A DNA stretch of 64,000 bases from Candidatus Zhuqueibacterota bacterium (GCA_049322915.1 JBMOPW010000007.1:1-64000); one strand, 5' to 3'; positions 1-10,271 are shown, counted from the first letter of the stretch. A program made the numbers and translations. The notes: generated by a model not told the origin, from the sequence alone.

Positions 1-24
1 TCAATTGTCAGGGCATTTTCATTC

Positions 25-87
25 ACCCCGTGTAATATGCTATTGTTTCTCTTGCTATTAATTTCTATTTGTTTTATTACACGGGGT
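25..87. repeat. 13-bp perfect inverted repeat (REP/MITE-like hairpin)
   Basis: ACCCCGTGTAATA (25-37) and TATTACACGGGGT (75-87) in intergenic DNA. Short ATCCTGT repeats also occur at about 242-275. Confidence 0.6.
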
Positions 88-383
88 AAACAGACTCTAA
101 AAAACCAAATCCTAACATGTTATATACTTTGTAAGCACAGCCAATAATTTTTTCAGTCAAGCTTGCAAGTTCCATTACGCAGCCTCCTGTGATTTACACG
201 ATTATGTTTTGATTAACATGATAAAGAGCTAAAGTTAATTAATCCTGTCTATCCCAAACATCCTGTTATCCTGTCATTCTTAACCACCCTGTGATCGGTT
301 ACTTCCAAAATGGTGCTTTGTCCATCGGGAGAATGGGACACAACGGCAGGTTTTTGCCGCGGCCCGGGCATTCGACATGGCAG

Positions 384-2357
384 TTAGCCGAAGTGTATTG
401 GCATGTGAATGATGAAAGTGGCGCCCTTGCCGGACTCGCTCTCCACGGAGATCAATCCGCCGTGTTCAATGATGATGCGCTGCACAATACTCAGCCCGAT
501 GCCTGCGCCTTTGGCTTTGGTGGTGAAATACAAATTGAAAATTTTAGCCAACTGCGACTCTGGGATTCCCTGGCCGTTGTCGCGCACCTGAATGTCAAGC
601 TCCTGGTCATTGATTCGATGCACCGAAATGGCAATGGCGCCGTCTGTTTTTATTGCGTCCACAGCATTCTGGAGCAGGTTCATAAAAACCTGCCGCATCT
701 GGGCGCGATCCCAGATGACCTCGCCATCCCAATCCGCCGTGAAGGAATAGCCGATCCGGTTTTGGTTGAACATGGCGTTGTATTGGATTTTCAAATCGTC
801 GAAAAGCTCCCCCAGCCGGAACGGCTCCGGATGAACTGGCTGAGGCTGGGCGAATTTCAGAAAATCGGAAATGGTCTGGTTTATCCGCTGCACCTCCTGA
901 TAGACAAGCTGAGACAACTGGTCGTATTCCTCGGCATGGTGGGTCGGTTGAAAATCCTTTTTCAATTGCTGAATGATGGTGCCGATGGTATTCAGCGGAT
1001 TCCGAATTTCATGGGCCACGCCGGACGCCAGTTCGCCCATCGCGGTCAAACGCTCTTTTCGCTGAAGCTGGGCCTCCAGTTTTTGCTGGTGCGTCAGGTC
1101 GCGGATCACGAGTATCGTATTCTCAGTTTCATTTTCATCGATGAAACGGCCCCGCGAGGCGAGCAGATATTTTTTGGAACCGGCGATGGTGCATTCCAGA
1201 TAGGCCAGTGGGGACGATGGATCAAGGCCGGCGTCCCACGCGGAATTTTTGAACAGGAAGGAGGCCGGTTTGCCTATGGCGTCGCGCTGGTCTTTTTGAA
1301 AAATCTTTTCAGCGGATGCGTTCATCATTTTTATGCCGTGAAGGTCATCGGAGACAATGATGGCGTCGCTCACGTTGTGGATGATATTGCCCGAAAAAGT
1401 CTCCACGACCTGATACTGCTTCTGCAGCAAATTGAATTGCTGTCGCGCCATGATGAACGCGAAGAATACAAATCCGACGGCGACCAGAATCACGGTGATG
1501 ATGATGAGCCGGCGAATGATTCTCGCCCTGATCAAATGCAGTGGTTCCAGCGAAATTCCAAGTCGGAACAGGCCAACGTGCATGCCTTCGTAATTGAAGG
1601 GATGGACGATCTCCAGGATGTCTGCGCCGTTGAACACAGCGATCCTCGAATCAAACGACGTAGCCCGGAAGGAGCGCGTCAGAAACGGGTCATCGACGAT
1701 GCGATCCAGTTCAGCCACATTGCCGGACGCCGCAATGATGCCGGCCGAGTCCTGCAGGGCGATGAACACAACGCCGGGATTGACAGCCAGGTCCTTCAGC
1801 AGCGCCCCAAATCCGATGCGGCGCCGGAACTGAAGGATTTCCTCTGCGTCGAGATTCAGCACAATGGCGCTGCGATTTCGGGCGGCAAGCGCCACAGCGA
1901 ACCGGTAGCCAGCCTCGTGCTGCGCCTCCTTGAACCCGATGATGAGCGTATCCTGCTCGCCTTTGAAAATCGGCGCCAGCGCCGGCCCCGGCGAGGACTG
2001 TCGGTGAAAACGGCCCACTCCCTGGTTGTGATTGCTGTACTCGCGCGCCCCATTTCGGTTGAAAATATTGATTCGGAAAATAGCGTTGTCGCGGGCGAAC
2101 GTCTTTAAAAAATCGTTGTCGATCTGGTTTCTTTCATACAGATAGCGAATGAAAGAAGCGCTGTGCAGGAGTTTTTCTTCCAGAAAATTTTCGAGATATT
2201 CATTGGTGAGGAGGGTGTTGGAAGACGACGTGATGACCGCTTCCAGCAGGGTGTGGCCCTGCTGTTTCATCAGATCCAGAAATTCGTGTTGGCTTTGGTG
2301 CAGCTCAATCAGTGCGGAAAAAATCATCAGCGCCGCCAGGGTCAGAAAGATTATCAC
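384..2357 (-). CDS. Membrane sensor histidine kinase (periplasmic sensor, PAS, HisKA, HATPase), NtrB/ZraS type
   Basis: Two TM segments, H-box ASGVAHEIRNPL, N-box NLLQNA, G1 DNGQGI, F-box FTTK, G2 GAGIGL. Start may lie slightly upstream. Confidence 0.93.
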   Translation of the reverse strand: MIIFLTLAALMIFSALIELHQSQHEFLDLMKQQGHTLLEAVITSSSNTLLTNEYLENFLEEKLLHSASFIRYLYERNQIDNDFLKTFARDNAIFRINIFNRNGAREYSNHNQGVGRFHRQSSPGPALAPIFKGEQDTLIIGFKEAQHEAGYRFAVALAARNRSAIVLNLDAEEILQFRRRIGFGALLKDLAVNPGVVFIALQDSAGIIAASGNVAELDRIVDDPFLTRSFRATSFDSRIAVFNGADILEIVHPFNYEGMHVGLFRLGISLEPLHLIRARIIRRLIIITVILVAVGFVFFAFIMARQQFNLLQKQYQVVETFSGNIIHNVSDAIIVSDDLHGIKMMNASAEKIFQKDQRDAIGKPASFLFKNSAWDAGLDPSSPLAYLECTIAGSKKYLLASRGRFIDENETENTILVIRDLTHQQKLEAQLQRKERLTAMGELASGVAHEIRNPLNTIGTIIQQLKKDFQPTHHAEEYDQLSQLVYQEVQRINQTISDFLKFAQPQPVHPEPFRLGELFDDLKIQYNAMFNQNRIGYSFTADWDGEVIWDRAQMRQVFMNLLQNAVDAIKTDGAIAISVHRINDQELDIQVRDNGQGIPESQLAKIFNLYFTTKAKGAGIGLSIVQRIIIEHGGLISVESESGKGATFIIHMPIHFG

Positions 2358-2589
2358 CAGGCTTTTCGGACGAAGAAACGTCCTTTTTTTGTCGCGCGAT
2401 TTTTTGATGATGCAGCTCCCTGAATGAGTTGATTGTATATCGGGCCGGGCACTTCGCGGAAAAGTTGCTCATCCGGTATTGCAACCGGATGAGCTTACTC
2501 CGCGCATGATTGGCCATTGAAAACCAATTCCCGCTATTGGGTTGAATATTGTTTCAATGGCAAAAACCGCAATTCAGTTTGGTCGAATG

Positions 2590-3972
2590 TCAGCGCACAT
2601 AATTCTGTTTCTTTTTCACACTTTTGCCCATGGGATCATCGGAGTAGCCCAGCGATTTCCAGTCGAGTATGCTTTTGCTCTTGTGGTGGCAGTTATAGCA
2701 TTTCAGCGATTGCTCTTTGGGCGCGACCATGTGATGAATGGGAATGTACATTTCTGTTTCCACAAAATCAAATTGGCCGGAATAGGCCAGGTTCACCGCT
2801 GTCATGCCTTCCCGGGCAGCGACATTCCAGTCCCAATCTTTCCAGTACCCTTTTTCACCGAACAGCTTCGGGATAATCAGGTAGTTGTTCACCTGATCGT
2901 AAATTTGCTTTCCGCGCATCACTTTGAACGGATAGATTTTCGAATTGGCGTCCGAGATTTTTCCTGTGAGCTTGTTCAGCGCGACCGGCTTCTGAGTATT
3001 GATTTTATCGCCGAATTGATAGTAGGTCGCCTGTCCGTTATACCAGAGATAGGAGGGCCTCACGTTTTTCGCCCACTTGAAATCGCCCTTTTTCTTGTCA
3101 TACAGTTCTTTGCCGAATTCATCCTTTGCCGGTACGATGTCTTTGCCGGCAGATGACCAGTCCCACCAGATTTTCGTGGCATTGCCCCGGCCATACTCCG
3201 GGATATGGCAGGTCTGACAGGAGACGGCGTTTGTGTGATTATTCAATTTTTCCTTCTGGTGCGGCGCTGTCTCGTGGCAGTCGGTGCAACTGACATGATT
3301 GGCGTTTTTGGCCATGGACGCATGCGAAGCGCCCAACACCAGGTGCTCTTCGGTGCGGTGACATTCGGTGCAGGTGTAGTCATTGCCGCCCATGTGAACA
3401 TCCAGATTTTTTGTGGGCTTGAGCAGGGAAGCATCCAGATCGCCATGTTTGACGCCATCGCCGCCGCCGCCATCAAAATGGCATGTGCCGCAGTTCTGGC
3501 GCGTTGTTTTTCCAACGCTCTGAGCCACCTTCAGCAGATCGATATTTTCAGCAGGCATCCCGGCGCCGGTGGCGACTTTCTTGTACGTGCCAGTCTGATC
3601 ATGGCAGATCAGGCAGTCGATGTTGGACGGATCATTCAGATCGAACGACGTGTCTTTCCAGCCATAGCTGATGTGGCAACTGGTGCAGCGCGGCCAGTTG
3701 GACGGTACCGCAATGCAGAAATTATTCACGATATTCTGTTTCCCCATTTGAATGGCGCCATTGCCCGGCGCCTGAAACGGCTCGCTCAGCCACGTCCAGT
3801 GCTGAGTTTTCATAATATCCGTCCCAATTTCTTCATGGCAGGCGAGGCATTGCTCCGTCACCTGTTGGGGCGTTGTAATGGGACCTTCGATTTTGTCCTT
3901 ATGATCTTCTGCAAAAAGCGGCATGAAATAGGACAGGAGTAAAACGAGAACGAATGAGAGTTGTTTGAACAT
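2590..3972 (-). CDS. Octaheme c-type cytochrome, tetrathionate reductase (OTR) family
   Basis: Signal peptide and eight CxxCH motifs (CLACH, CTSCH, CLICH, CGTCH, CTECH, CTDCH, CQTCH, CYNCH). OTR-like GK..NNFC and WDWS..G segments. Confidence 0.9.
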   Translation of the reverse strand: MFKQLSFVLVLLLSYFMPLFAEDHKDKIEGPITTPQQVTEQCLACHEEIGTDIMKTQHWTWLSEPFQAPGNGAIQMGKQNIVNNFCIAVPSNWPRCTSCHISYGWKDTSFDLNDPSNIDCLICHDQTGTYKKVATGAGMPAENIDLLKVAQSVGKTTRQNCGTCHFDGGGGDGVKHGDLDASLLKPTKNLDVHMGGNDYTCTECHRTEEHLVLGASHASMAKNANHVSCTDCHETAPHQKEKLNNHTNAVSCQTCHIPEYGRGNATKIWWDWSSAGKDIVPAKDEFGKELYDKKKGDFKWAKNVRPSYLWYNGQATYYQFGDKINTQKPVALNKLTGKISDANSKIYPFKVMRGKQIYDQVNNYLIIPKLFGEKGYWKDWDWNVAAREGMTAVNLAYSGQFDFVETEMYIPIHHMVAPKEQSLKCYNCHHKSKSILDWKSLGYSDDPMGKSVKKKQNYVR

Positions 3973-4216
3973 GATAATATCTCCATTTTGAACAAGTTAA
4001 CCGTTGAATGGTATACCGAAGAATTTTGATTCTGGAAAACCTCATTGCATCATTTGGCTGCGACGAAGTCGCCAGGTACTTTATGTCATCAGGATTTGTT
4101 TCCCCTCACGTGTCGAATAGCCTGCATCAAATACAGGCGAAGAAAATTTCAACAGCCAGGCAAATCTGCATTCAATGGAACCAGAGCGCTGCCGAGGCGG
4201 TGAATCGTTCCGCAGC

Positions 4217-4969
4217 TTAACGGATGAGCTCGTCCGCGGAAATTACGTGAGTTTCAATATCCGATTCTATTTCGCTCAGCGCGTCGATCTTGCCAATGTC
4301 CTGCCAGTAGAACTCATCCATCGGCAGCCCGATGATGGGCAATCGTTTCTCAGCCAGATCCAGATACACATCCACAATCGAGAAACGGCCGGTTCCGGCC
4401 ATGTGATCGAATATTTCCGGCGCGATGATGTGAATGCCGCAAAAGGCCATGCGGGCGGTCTGGCCGACCGGCTCGCGCCGCATGCGCACCAGATTTTTTA
4501 CGGTATTTTCATGGCCACAAATGTAATTTCGTTCATCGGTGAGAAAATACCGGGATGAATCGCGCGCCATCAGCGCCAGCGTGGCCAGAGCCTGATTCTT
4601 CCGGTGATGCTGCAACAATATCCTGAGATCCATGGTGGACATGATGTCCACGTTATGAAGGATGAACGGCTCGTCCCCTTTCAGGAATCGCGATGCGGCC
4701 CACAAACCGCCGCCGGTGCCCAGTATTTCCGCCTCGTGTGAGAAATGGATGGTCACGCCAAAATTGTTTTTCTGCTCAAGAAAAGAGCTGATCTGTTCAG
4801 CGAAATGGTGCAGGTTAATGACAATTTCATGAACACCGTTCGCAATCAATTTTCTAATCACCAGTTCCAGCATTGGAATTTTATTCACTTCCACAAGAGC
4901 TTTGGGTTTTTCTTCAGTGAGAGGTTTGAGTCGAGTGCCATATCCGGCAGCGAGAATCATCGCTTTCAT
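4217..4969 (-). CDS. Nucleotidyltransferase, MurU-like (MurNAc-1-P uridylyltransferase family)
   Basis: MKAMILAAGYGTRLKPLT..PKAL, LGTGGG, HNVD and WQDIG motifs. Clustered with an AmgK-like kinase. Confidence 0.85.
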   Translation of the reverse strand: MKAMILAAGYGTRLKPLTEEKPKALVEVNKIPMLELVIRKLIANGVHEIVINLHHFAEQISSFLEQKNNFGVTIHFSHEAEILGTGGGLWAASRFLKGDEPFILHNVDIMSTMDLRILLQHHRKNQALATLALMARDSSRYFLTDERNYICGHENTVKNLVRMRREPVGQTARMAFCGIHIIAPEIFDHMAGTGRFSIVDVYLDLAEKRLPIIGLPMDEFYWQDIGKIDALSEIESDIETHVISADELIR

Positions 4970-5043
4970 GGTGAGGTAATTTTTGGTTGTCTTCTGTTGT
5001 GTCGCAGTGTGAATAAAGTAAATTTCGTGATTTAAAAATGCCC

Positions 5044-5439
5044 TTAAAACGATTGTTCGATGTGATGGATCCTGGCCTGAATCTTTTTGCTCAACAGGTA
5101 CGAGAATAATCGCTCGGCAAAGTACACGGAACGGTGCTGCCCCCCGGTGCAGCCGAACGAAACCATGAGATGGTCGAATCCCCGCGCCTGAAAATTTTCA
5201 ATTGCCATTTCGACAATGGAGACAACATGCTGGAAAAATTGATCGACTGCCGGAAAATTCTCCAGATAGTCAATGACGGCGCGATCTCTCCCGGTCAGGT
5301 CGGCGTACTCCGGCAGCCGTCCCGGGTTGGGAATAAACCGGCAATCGAAAACAAAACCCCCATGATTGCCTGAATCGTCCGGTGGGATGCCGGAATATGA
5401 AAAGCCAAAGCTATAAATATCAACCACGAGATTCGTCAT
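5044..5439 (-). CDS. RapZ C-terminal domain protein
   Basis: IYSFGF, GGFVFDCRFIPNPGR and GCTGGQHRSVY motifs. ATG at 5439 overlaps the upstream kinase. Confidence 0.85.
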   Translation of the reverse strand: MTNLVVDIYSFGFSYSGIPPDDSGNHGGFVFDCRFIPNPGRLPEYADLTGRDRAVIDYLENFPAVDQFFQHVVSIVEMAIENFQARGFDHLMVSFGCTGGQHRSVYFAERLFSYLLSKKIQARIHHIEQSF

Positions 5440-6463
5440 CGTCTTTGCCAAAAGTTGTCAGGGATTCGTCCGTCACCAGGTTTTGATAGACTCTCGTGAG
5501 CGTGGGAATCTGCCCGAGGATCGGCAGCTTTTTATCCAGAATAATTTTCAGATTATTGATGGCAAACGGCACGCTCTTGAAAAAATGTCGCTTGTTTTTC
5601 ACCACGCTCAAATAGCCATACGCGCCAAACGCCTGCATGATTCGGATCAGCACAAAGCCATCGAAATATTTTAGAAACCGCTCAGGATTCACATGCGTGT
5701 AGTTCTGGACTTCTTTCAAATAGGCCTGAATGAGCTCCTTCCGAAAATGTTCCGGCAAATCCGCTTTGGCGTCGTAGAGAAGAGACGCCACGTCGTACTG
5801 CAGAGCGCCGTGTCGCCCGGACTGATAATCGATGAAATAGGGTTGATTGTTCCTTATCATCACATTGCGCGATTGAAAATCCCTGTACAGAAAATACGGC
5901 CGATCTTCTTCGAGAAGAAAATTGATCAGCGTGTGAAAATCAGATTCCAATGCACCTGTGTCCAGCGGACGTTTATAGAACTCATCCAGGAACCGATGCT
6001 TGAAATAGTTCAAATCCCACAGCATGGATTCCGCGCCAAATTCATCGTGCTGGTAGCAGAGCGAAAAGTCGAGATGAACCCCTTCGGCGATCTGAAACCT
6101 GGGGAGATATTCAATCACCTGGCAATACATATCCTTCACTTCCTGCGTCAGGCCGAATGAATTCCGAATATTCATCATCCACGTGAACAGGGTATCGTCA
6201 CCCAGATCTTCTTCTAAATAGGCGCCGGAATCCAGAGCCTCAATGAATATTTCCGGCACGCGCAGTCCGCGATTTTTGAAGTGATTGGAAAAGGAGAGAA
6301 ACGCCGCATTTTCACTGCGGTTGTTTCCTATGATGCCAATGACAGTCTGCTCCCCTGAATGGATACGATAAATTTGTCTGTCCGATCCATCACTGCGCAG
6401 CGGAACAATCTTTTCCGGAAGAAAGCCATATTTTTTCTGAAAGAGGTCAGCTAAAACTTTCAT
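5420..6463 (-). CDS. Aminoglycoside-phosphotransferase-fold sugar kinase, AmgK-like
   Basis: DGSDRQIYR, EDLGD, YRDFQSRNVM, IDYQ, YDVASLL and RIMQAFGAYG motifs. Start chosen at MKVLADLF; the ORF track starts at 6553. Confidence 0.85.
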   Translation of the reverse strand: MKVLADLFQKKYGFLPEKIVPLRSDGSDRQIYRIHSGEQTVIGIIGNNRSENAAFLSFSNHFKNRGLRVPEIFIEALDSGAYLEEDLGDDTLFTWMMNIRNSFGLTQEVKDMYCQVIEYLPRFQIAEGVHLDFSLCYQHDEFGAESMLWDLNYFKHRFLDEFYKRPLDTGALESDFHTLINFLLEEDRPYFLYRDFQSRNVMIRNNQPYFIDYQSGRHGALQYDVASLLYDAKADLPEHFRKELIQAYLKEVQNYTHVNPERFLKYFDGFVLIRIMQAFGAYGYLSVVKNKRHFFKSVPFAINNLKIILDKKLPILGQIPTLTRVYQNLVTDESLTTFGKDDDESRG

Positions 6464-6822
6464 GAATTCACTATTAGTAATCGGTAAATGAATTACTGCC
6501 GGTGGCGTTTTCTGAAATGTTGAATAATTTATGAAATTCATTTCATTAATCAAAGCATTTTATTAATTTTTTTCAATGAATTAAATGTGTCCCGACCGCT
6601 TCAGTTCGCACCACAGGCAGCCCAGGTCATTCCTGATGATGAAAATGGCCGCTCGTGTGTGCGTCATTTTTCTGAATGGTATATTCATTGATTCGGTAGA
6701 AATGCCGGAAAAATGAGAAATAAATTTTCTACCTCCAATCGCTATCGCTATGGCAAAAAAAAACTCAATGCGCATATTCGGCATTGAGTTTTTTATTGAT
6801 TCTATTTTTTGAATTTTATATA

Positions 6823-7362
6823 TTACAAACCAACAACTTGCTTTATCTTGGGAGTTGGTTTGGAAACGTTCAGCGAAAGCGACATATTTTTTTTCCAGCT
6901 TTTCACATCCAGTTGAAAACGGTCCAGGAGTTGTTGTTTATTGCAGATGAGTTCGTTGATCTCGGTGAGTTTGGTCAGGGTGTCTTTCTTATTCACCTTG
7001 TTTTGGTGGAAGAACCGGAAGATGATGCGTTTCAGGGAGTCGAATTTATCGTGAGTTGTTTCATAGGGCGAATATGAGTCGATGAATGTGGTGATCTGTT
7101 GTTCAACTTCCTTGCCGAACGATTCGGACTCTTCGAATGCTTTTTCAATGGTGGTGAGCTTTGATTTCTGCAGGCGATAGAGACCGATTTCCTCCCGAAC
7201 AATCGATTCATATTCGAGAATGATATTCTGGAAGGCTGCGAGCCTTTCCTCTAATTCGCTGTTTGTTTTTTCGAGTGACTCGATCAGGTTTCGTTGCTGG
7301 GAAATCTGATTCATGACTTTTTCTAAATTCTGCGGATCAAATTCGACGAAGCGGTTCATCAT
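6823..7362 (-). CDS. Hypothetical coiled-coil protein
   Basis: Open ORF rich in E/K/Q/L heptads. Start chosen at MMNRF, downstream of a sigma54-like promoter. Confidence 0.65.
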   Translation of the reverse strand: MMNRFVEFDPQNLEKVMNQISQQRNLIESLEKTNSELEERLAAFQNIILEYESIVREEIGLYRLQKSKLTTIEKAFEESESFGKEVEQQITTFIDSYSPYETTHDKFDSLKRIIFRFFHQNKVNKKDTLTKLTEINELICNKQQLLDRFQLDVKSWKKNMSLSLNVSKPTPKIKQVVGL

Positions 7363-7489
7363 TGTATCTTTGTGCGCATGCCCAAGTCCCTTGTTGAAGG
7401 ACAAATTCAGACGAAACACAGGCGACCTCCTGAAAGTTACGTTGATAGCGACGTTAAAGTTCAACGGCCTGTCTAAAGAAATACGTTTG

Positions 7490-7505
7490 TGCAAAAGTCG
7501 TGCCG
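7490..7505 (-). promoter_or_regulatory. sigma54 (-24/-12) promoter
   Basis: Minus strand reads CGGCACGACTTTTGCA, matching YGGCACG-N4-TTGCW, about 130 nt upstream of the 7362 start. Confidence 0.65.
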
Positions 7506-7967
7506 CAGGGTTGATTGTTAAGTTAATAATTCATTTTCCACGGAAGTGGGTGAAAACGGCGCGAGACAGATTGGCGTTCGGAATGGAGCTTTGATTTATT
7601 ACATTGGTTTTGCATTCAATGATTTTTAAAATCAGATGGTTACAACGCGGAGGGAGTTCGAATTGAGACGAGTATTCCGGCTGTCCATCCATAAAAATAC
7701 ATATTGGTAACACCACCATGCTGTGGAAATCGATTTCGCCTGGATATATTTCAGCGAATTAATTTTTAACTTGAAAAGTAAAATTACATAGTTCACAAGA
7801 TTTTCCTGGCCGAAAATAAGTCAGGTATTGGTAACAGTGACGGATATTGTGCACTGAACAGAGCATGTACCTATATATTGATTCGCTCCGGTTCATCGGG
7901 ACGTGAACATGTACCTACAAATCAGAGAATTTTGACTATTGAATTTCGAATGAGGGGACTGGCAATC

Positions 7968-9011
7968 ATGGTTTTCTTCCGAGGTCTAATATTGGTTCTG
8001 CTTGGCATTTCGTTTTTTTACCCGCAGCCGGCGGTCGGCTTAATCGGGCCGGTCCGTCCGCTCAGCAATCGCCAGGTCATGTTCGTTGCCTGTGACGAGA
8101 TTAAATTGGTCCATCAGGAATTGGAATTATACCATCACCCACTTGGCATCTGGATAGCGGAATATCAGGCGCATTTCCAGAATTTACAGAACCACGTGAT
8201 ATACCACCGCGTTGCTTTCCCTGCCGGATTTGACGTTCAGATGATTGAAGGCCAGGAGTATTGCGACCGCTTTGAACAGTTCCAGGTGTTTGTAAACGAT
8301 AAGCCGGTCACCAATATCAATAAAATGGTGCCGTGCACGAATTATGTATCCACAACTGGCGTGCAATGGAGCGTGGAGATTGAGAGCGGGGTTGGTTACG
8401 TCAATGTATGGGATCTTAATATTCAGCCTGAAGAAAAGCTGATTGTCAAAGTGACGTTCAGTTTCATCGTTAAAAAACCGCCTTCCATTTATGACCCGAC
8501 GAATCAGGAAACCTGGTATATAGATTTGATGAGATGGGTCCGCCAGGATTATGAAGCACGGCCCGAGAATCATTTTCAATTTCCGATGAGCATTGGGTCG
8601 TTCTGGGCGTTCTACCCGGATGATTACGAGATTCGGACTTACGTGGGCGCGGATTGGTTCAACATTATGGAAAAAGAGAAGCGAATCTACGAAGAGTCTC
8701 TGGTGAAGCGCTTCGAATACAGTGAACCGGTGGGAATTTATACGCCGCCGGAACTGGAACTCCACGGGCCGACGGAAGCGGAATTGCAGACCATGACCCG
8801 GGAGCAACTGATTATTTTGCGGAATTCTTTCTTCGCTAAATATGGTCGAAAGTTTGATATTCCCTGGCTAAGAGACTATTTCATGGTGCAACCCTGGTAC
8901 TATGAAAATCCTGGCTATGACAACTGGCTGCTGACCGGGTTGGATATTGAGGCGATGAAGCTGGTTCAGGCCGCTGAAAAAAATTTAAACACACGCAGAA
9001 AGAAACCATAG
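7968..9011 (+). CDS. Exported YARHG-domain protein
   Basis: Signal peptide. C-terminal LIILRNSFFAKYGRKF...LRDYF..QPWY fits the YARHG pattern. RBS GAGGGG. Confidence 0.75.
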   Translation: MVFFRGLILVLLGISFFYPQPAVGLIGPVRPLSNRQVMFVACDEIKLVHQELELYHHPLGIWIAEYQAHFQNLQNHVIYHRVAFPAGFDVQMIEGQEYCDRFEQFQVFVNDKPVTNINKMVPCTNYVSTTGVQWSVEIESGVGYVNVWDLNIQPEEKLIVKVTFSFIVKKPPSIYDPTNQETWYIDLMRWVRQDYEARPENHFQFPMSIGSFWAFYPDDYEIRTYVGADWFNIMEKEKRIYEESLVKRFEYSEPVGIYTPPELELHGPTEAELQTMTREQLIILRNSFFAKYGRKFDIPWLRDYFMVQPWYYENPGYDNWLLTGLDIEAMKLVQAAEKNLNTRRKKP

Positions 9012-9029
9012 CTGCCAACGAGATGAGTC

Positions 9030-9749
9030 ATGTCTGATAGAATTTTTAAAATTTATATAAGCGCCGGCCATGGCATGTATTTCAATGAGGAATACAAACA
9101 CTGGCTGACTCAGCGCCGGAGCTATTTCGGTGTGATCGAAGATTTCTGGACAGTTTTTGTGGCGCGTGAGTTGTTCGTTCTTCTGGATGAAGATTCCCGG
9201 TTTCAGGTGGTGATGAATCGGGATTTTTTCAATGAAGAAATTGGCGAGAGCGGGAAACAGAAATGGATGGAGGGCTCGCATCTTTTTTTCAGGGATGTGG
9301 GCGCGCCCCAAACCGTCTGGAATGTCGGGCAGGGCATTCAAAAAGCGATCCATGCGGATGCAATGGGCATCAAATTTTACGACGCTGATATTGCCATCTC
9401 CATTCATGCCAATTCTGGTGGGGGAGAGGATGCCGGCTACGAAGTATGGCATCATTCCATGGCCAATCTCGGCAGAAAATTAGCTGGTCAAATCAATAAG
9501 TCGCTGATGAGGCTGCCGATTCAATCGCGGGGACTGTTCTGTGACGCCTTACATGATGAGCGGGCGTTCTGGCGGGAAGCTCGCGGCGTTGTTATGGCGG
9601 TGATTGAGTATTTCTATTTTGATCATGAAATTGATAATCAGATCATGAAAATGCAGAAGAATATTTCACAGGCAGCCCAGCTCACTTATCAGGGAATCAG
9701 CGAATTCATTGATGTCTACGGCCATTCAATCCCGCAGCGCATCACCTGA
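9030..9749 (+). CDS. N-acetylmuramoyl-L-alanine amidase (Amidase_3)
   Basis: IYISAGHG, E, ISIHAN, GYEVW and VIE zinc/catalytic pattern. No signal peptide. Confidence 0.8.
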   Translation: MSDRIFKIYISAGHGMYFNEEYKHWLTQRRSYFGVIEDFWTVFVARELFVLLDEDSRFQVVMNRDFFNEEIGESGKQKWMEGSHLFFRDVGAPQTVWNVGQGIQKAIHADAMGIKFYDADIAISIHANSGGGEDAGYEVWHHSMANLGRKLAGQINKSLMRLPIQSRGLFCDALHDERAFWREARGVVMAVIEYFYFDHEIDNQIMKMQKNISQAAQLTYQGISEFIDVYGHSIPQRIT

Positions 9750-9990
9750 AATTTGCCGGAAGACGATAGCGCACCATGAAGTGTTATTTATAACCTTAAT
9801 TTTGCACATACAAACAGTCAAACCCCGAGTTTCCTTAATTCAAGTGGCTGAACCATCTATGTAAAAATTATTTTGCACCACCAAATGGGTGATTCAAAAC
9901 GACCACCAAAATGCTCCTACAGAGGGTTCAGCCACTTATAATGCGAAATCGGGGTATAAAAGAAAAACCGGCCCGGGCCGGGAGAGAAAA

Positions 9991-10206
9991 ATGACGGAGA
10001 AAAACGCCGGTGTTTCATCATCGCGGATAAAATTTTGTGATTTGAAATGCGAGCATGCATCGTTCCCCAAAGAAGACGGACTGGATGGCAGCAATAGCTG
10101 TCGGACATTTTCGGCTTTGTGGTGCGATCTCTTGAAACAGCATGTCACCAAGAATGCCCCATGTGCCGCACAATTTGGGAGCCGGCGCCCGAAGACAGGT
10201 TTTTGA
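9991..10206 (+). CDS. Small Cys-rich protein (71 aa), possible metal binder
   Basis: GGAG-type RBS before ATG. Five Cys in FCDLKCEH..SCRTF..LWC..PC. Confidence 0.55.
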   Translation: MTEKNAGVSSSRIKFCDLKCEHASFPKEDGLDGSNSCRTFSALWCDLLKQHVTKNAPCAAQFGSRRPKTGF

Positions 10207-10271
10207 TGCGGTCTGGCGTCGCTCAAATCAGCTTCAACACAACATTAAGACAGGCGAGGAGGTGGCTTGTG

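Noticed and set aside
291..2108. 605-aa plus-strand ORF and other long antisense ORFs (e.g. 17317-18243, 35014-35985, 49129-49998, 54917-55783)
   Set aside because: These are shadows of well-supported genes on the opposite strand and have no recognisable motifs.
5008..5016. Isolated DnaA-box-like TGTGAATAA
   Set aside because: Single copy in a short gap, compatible with chance.
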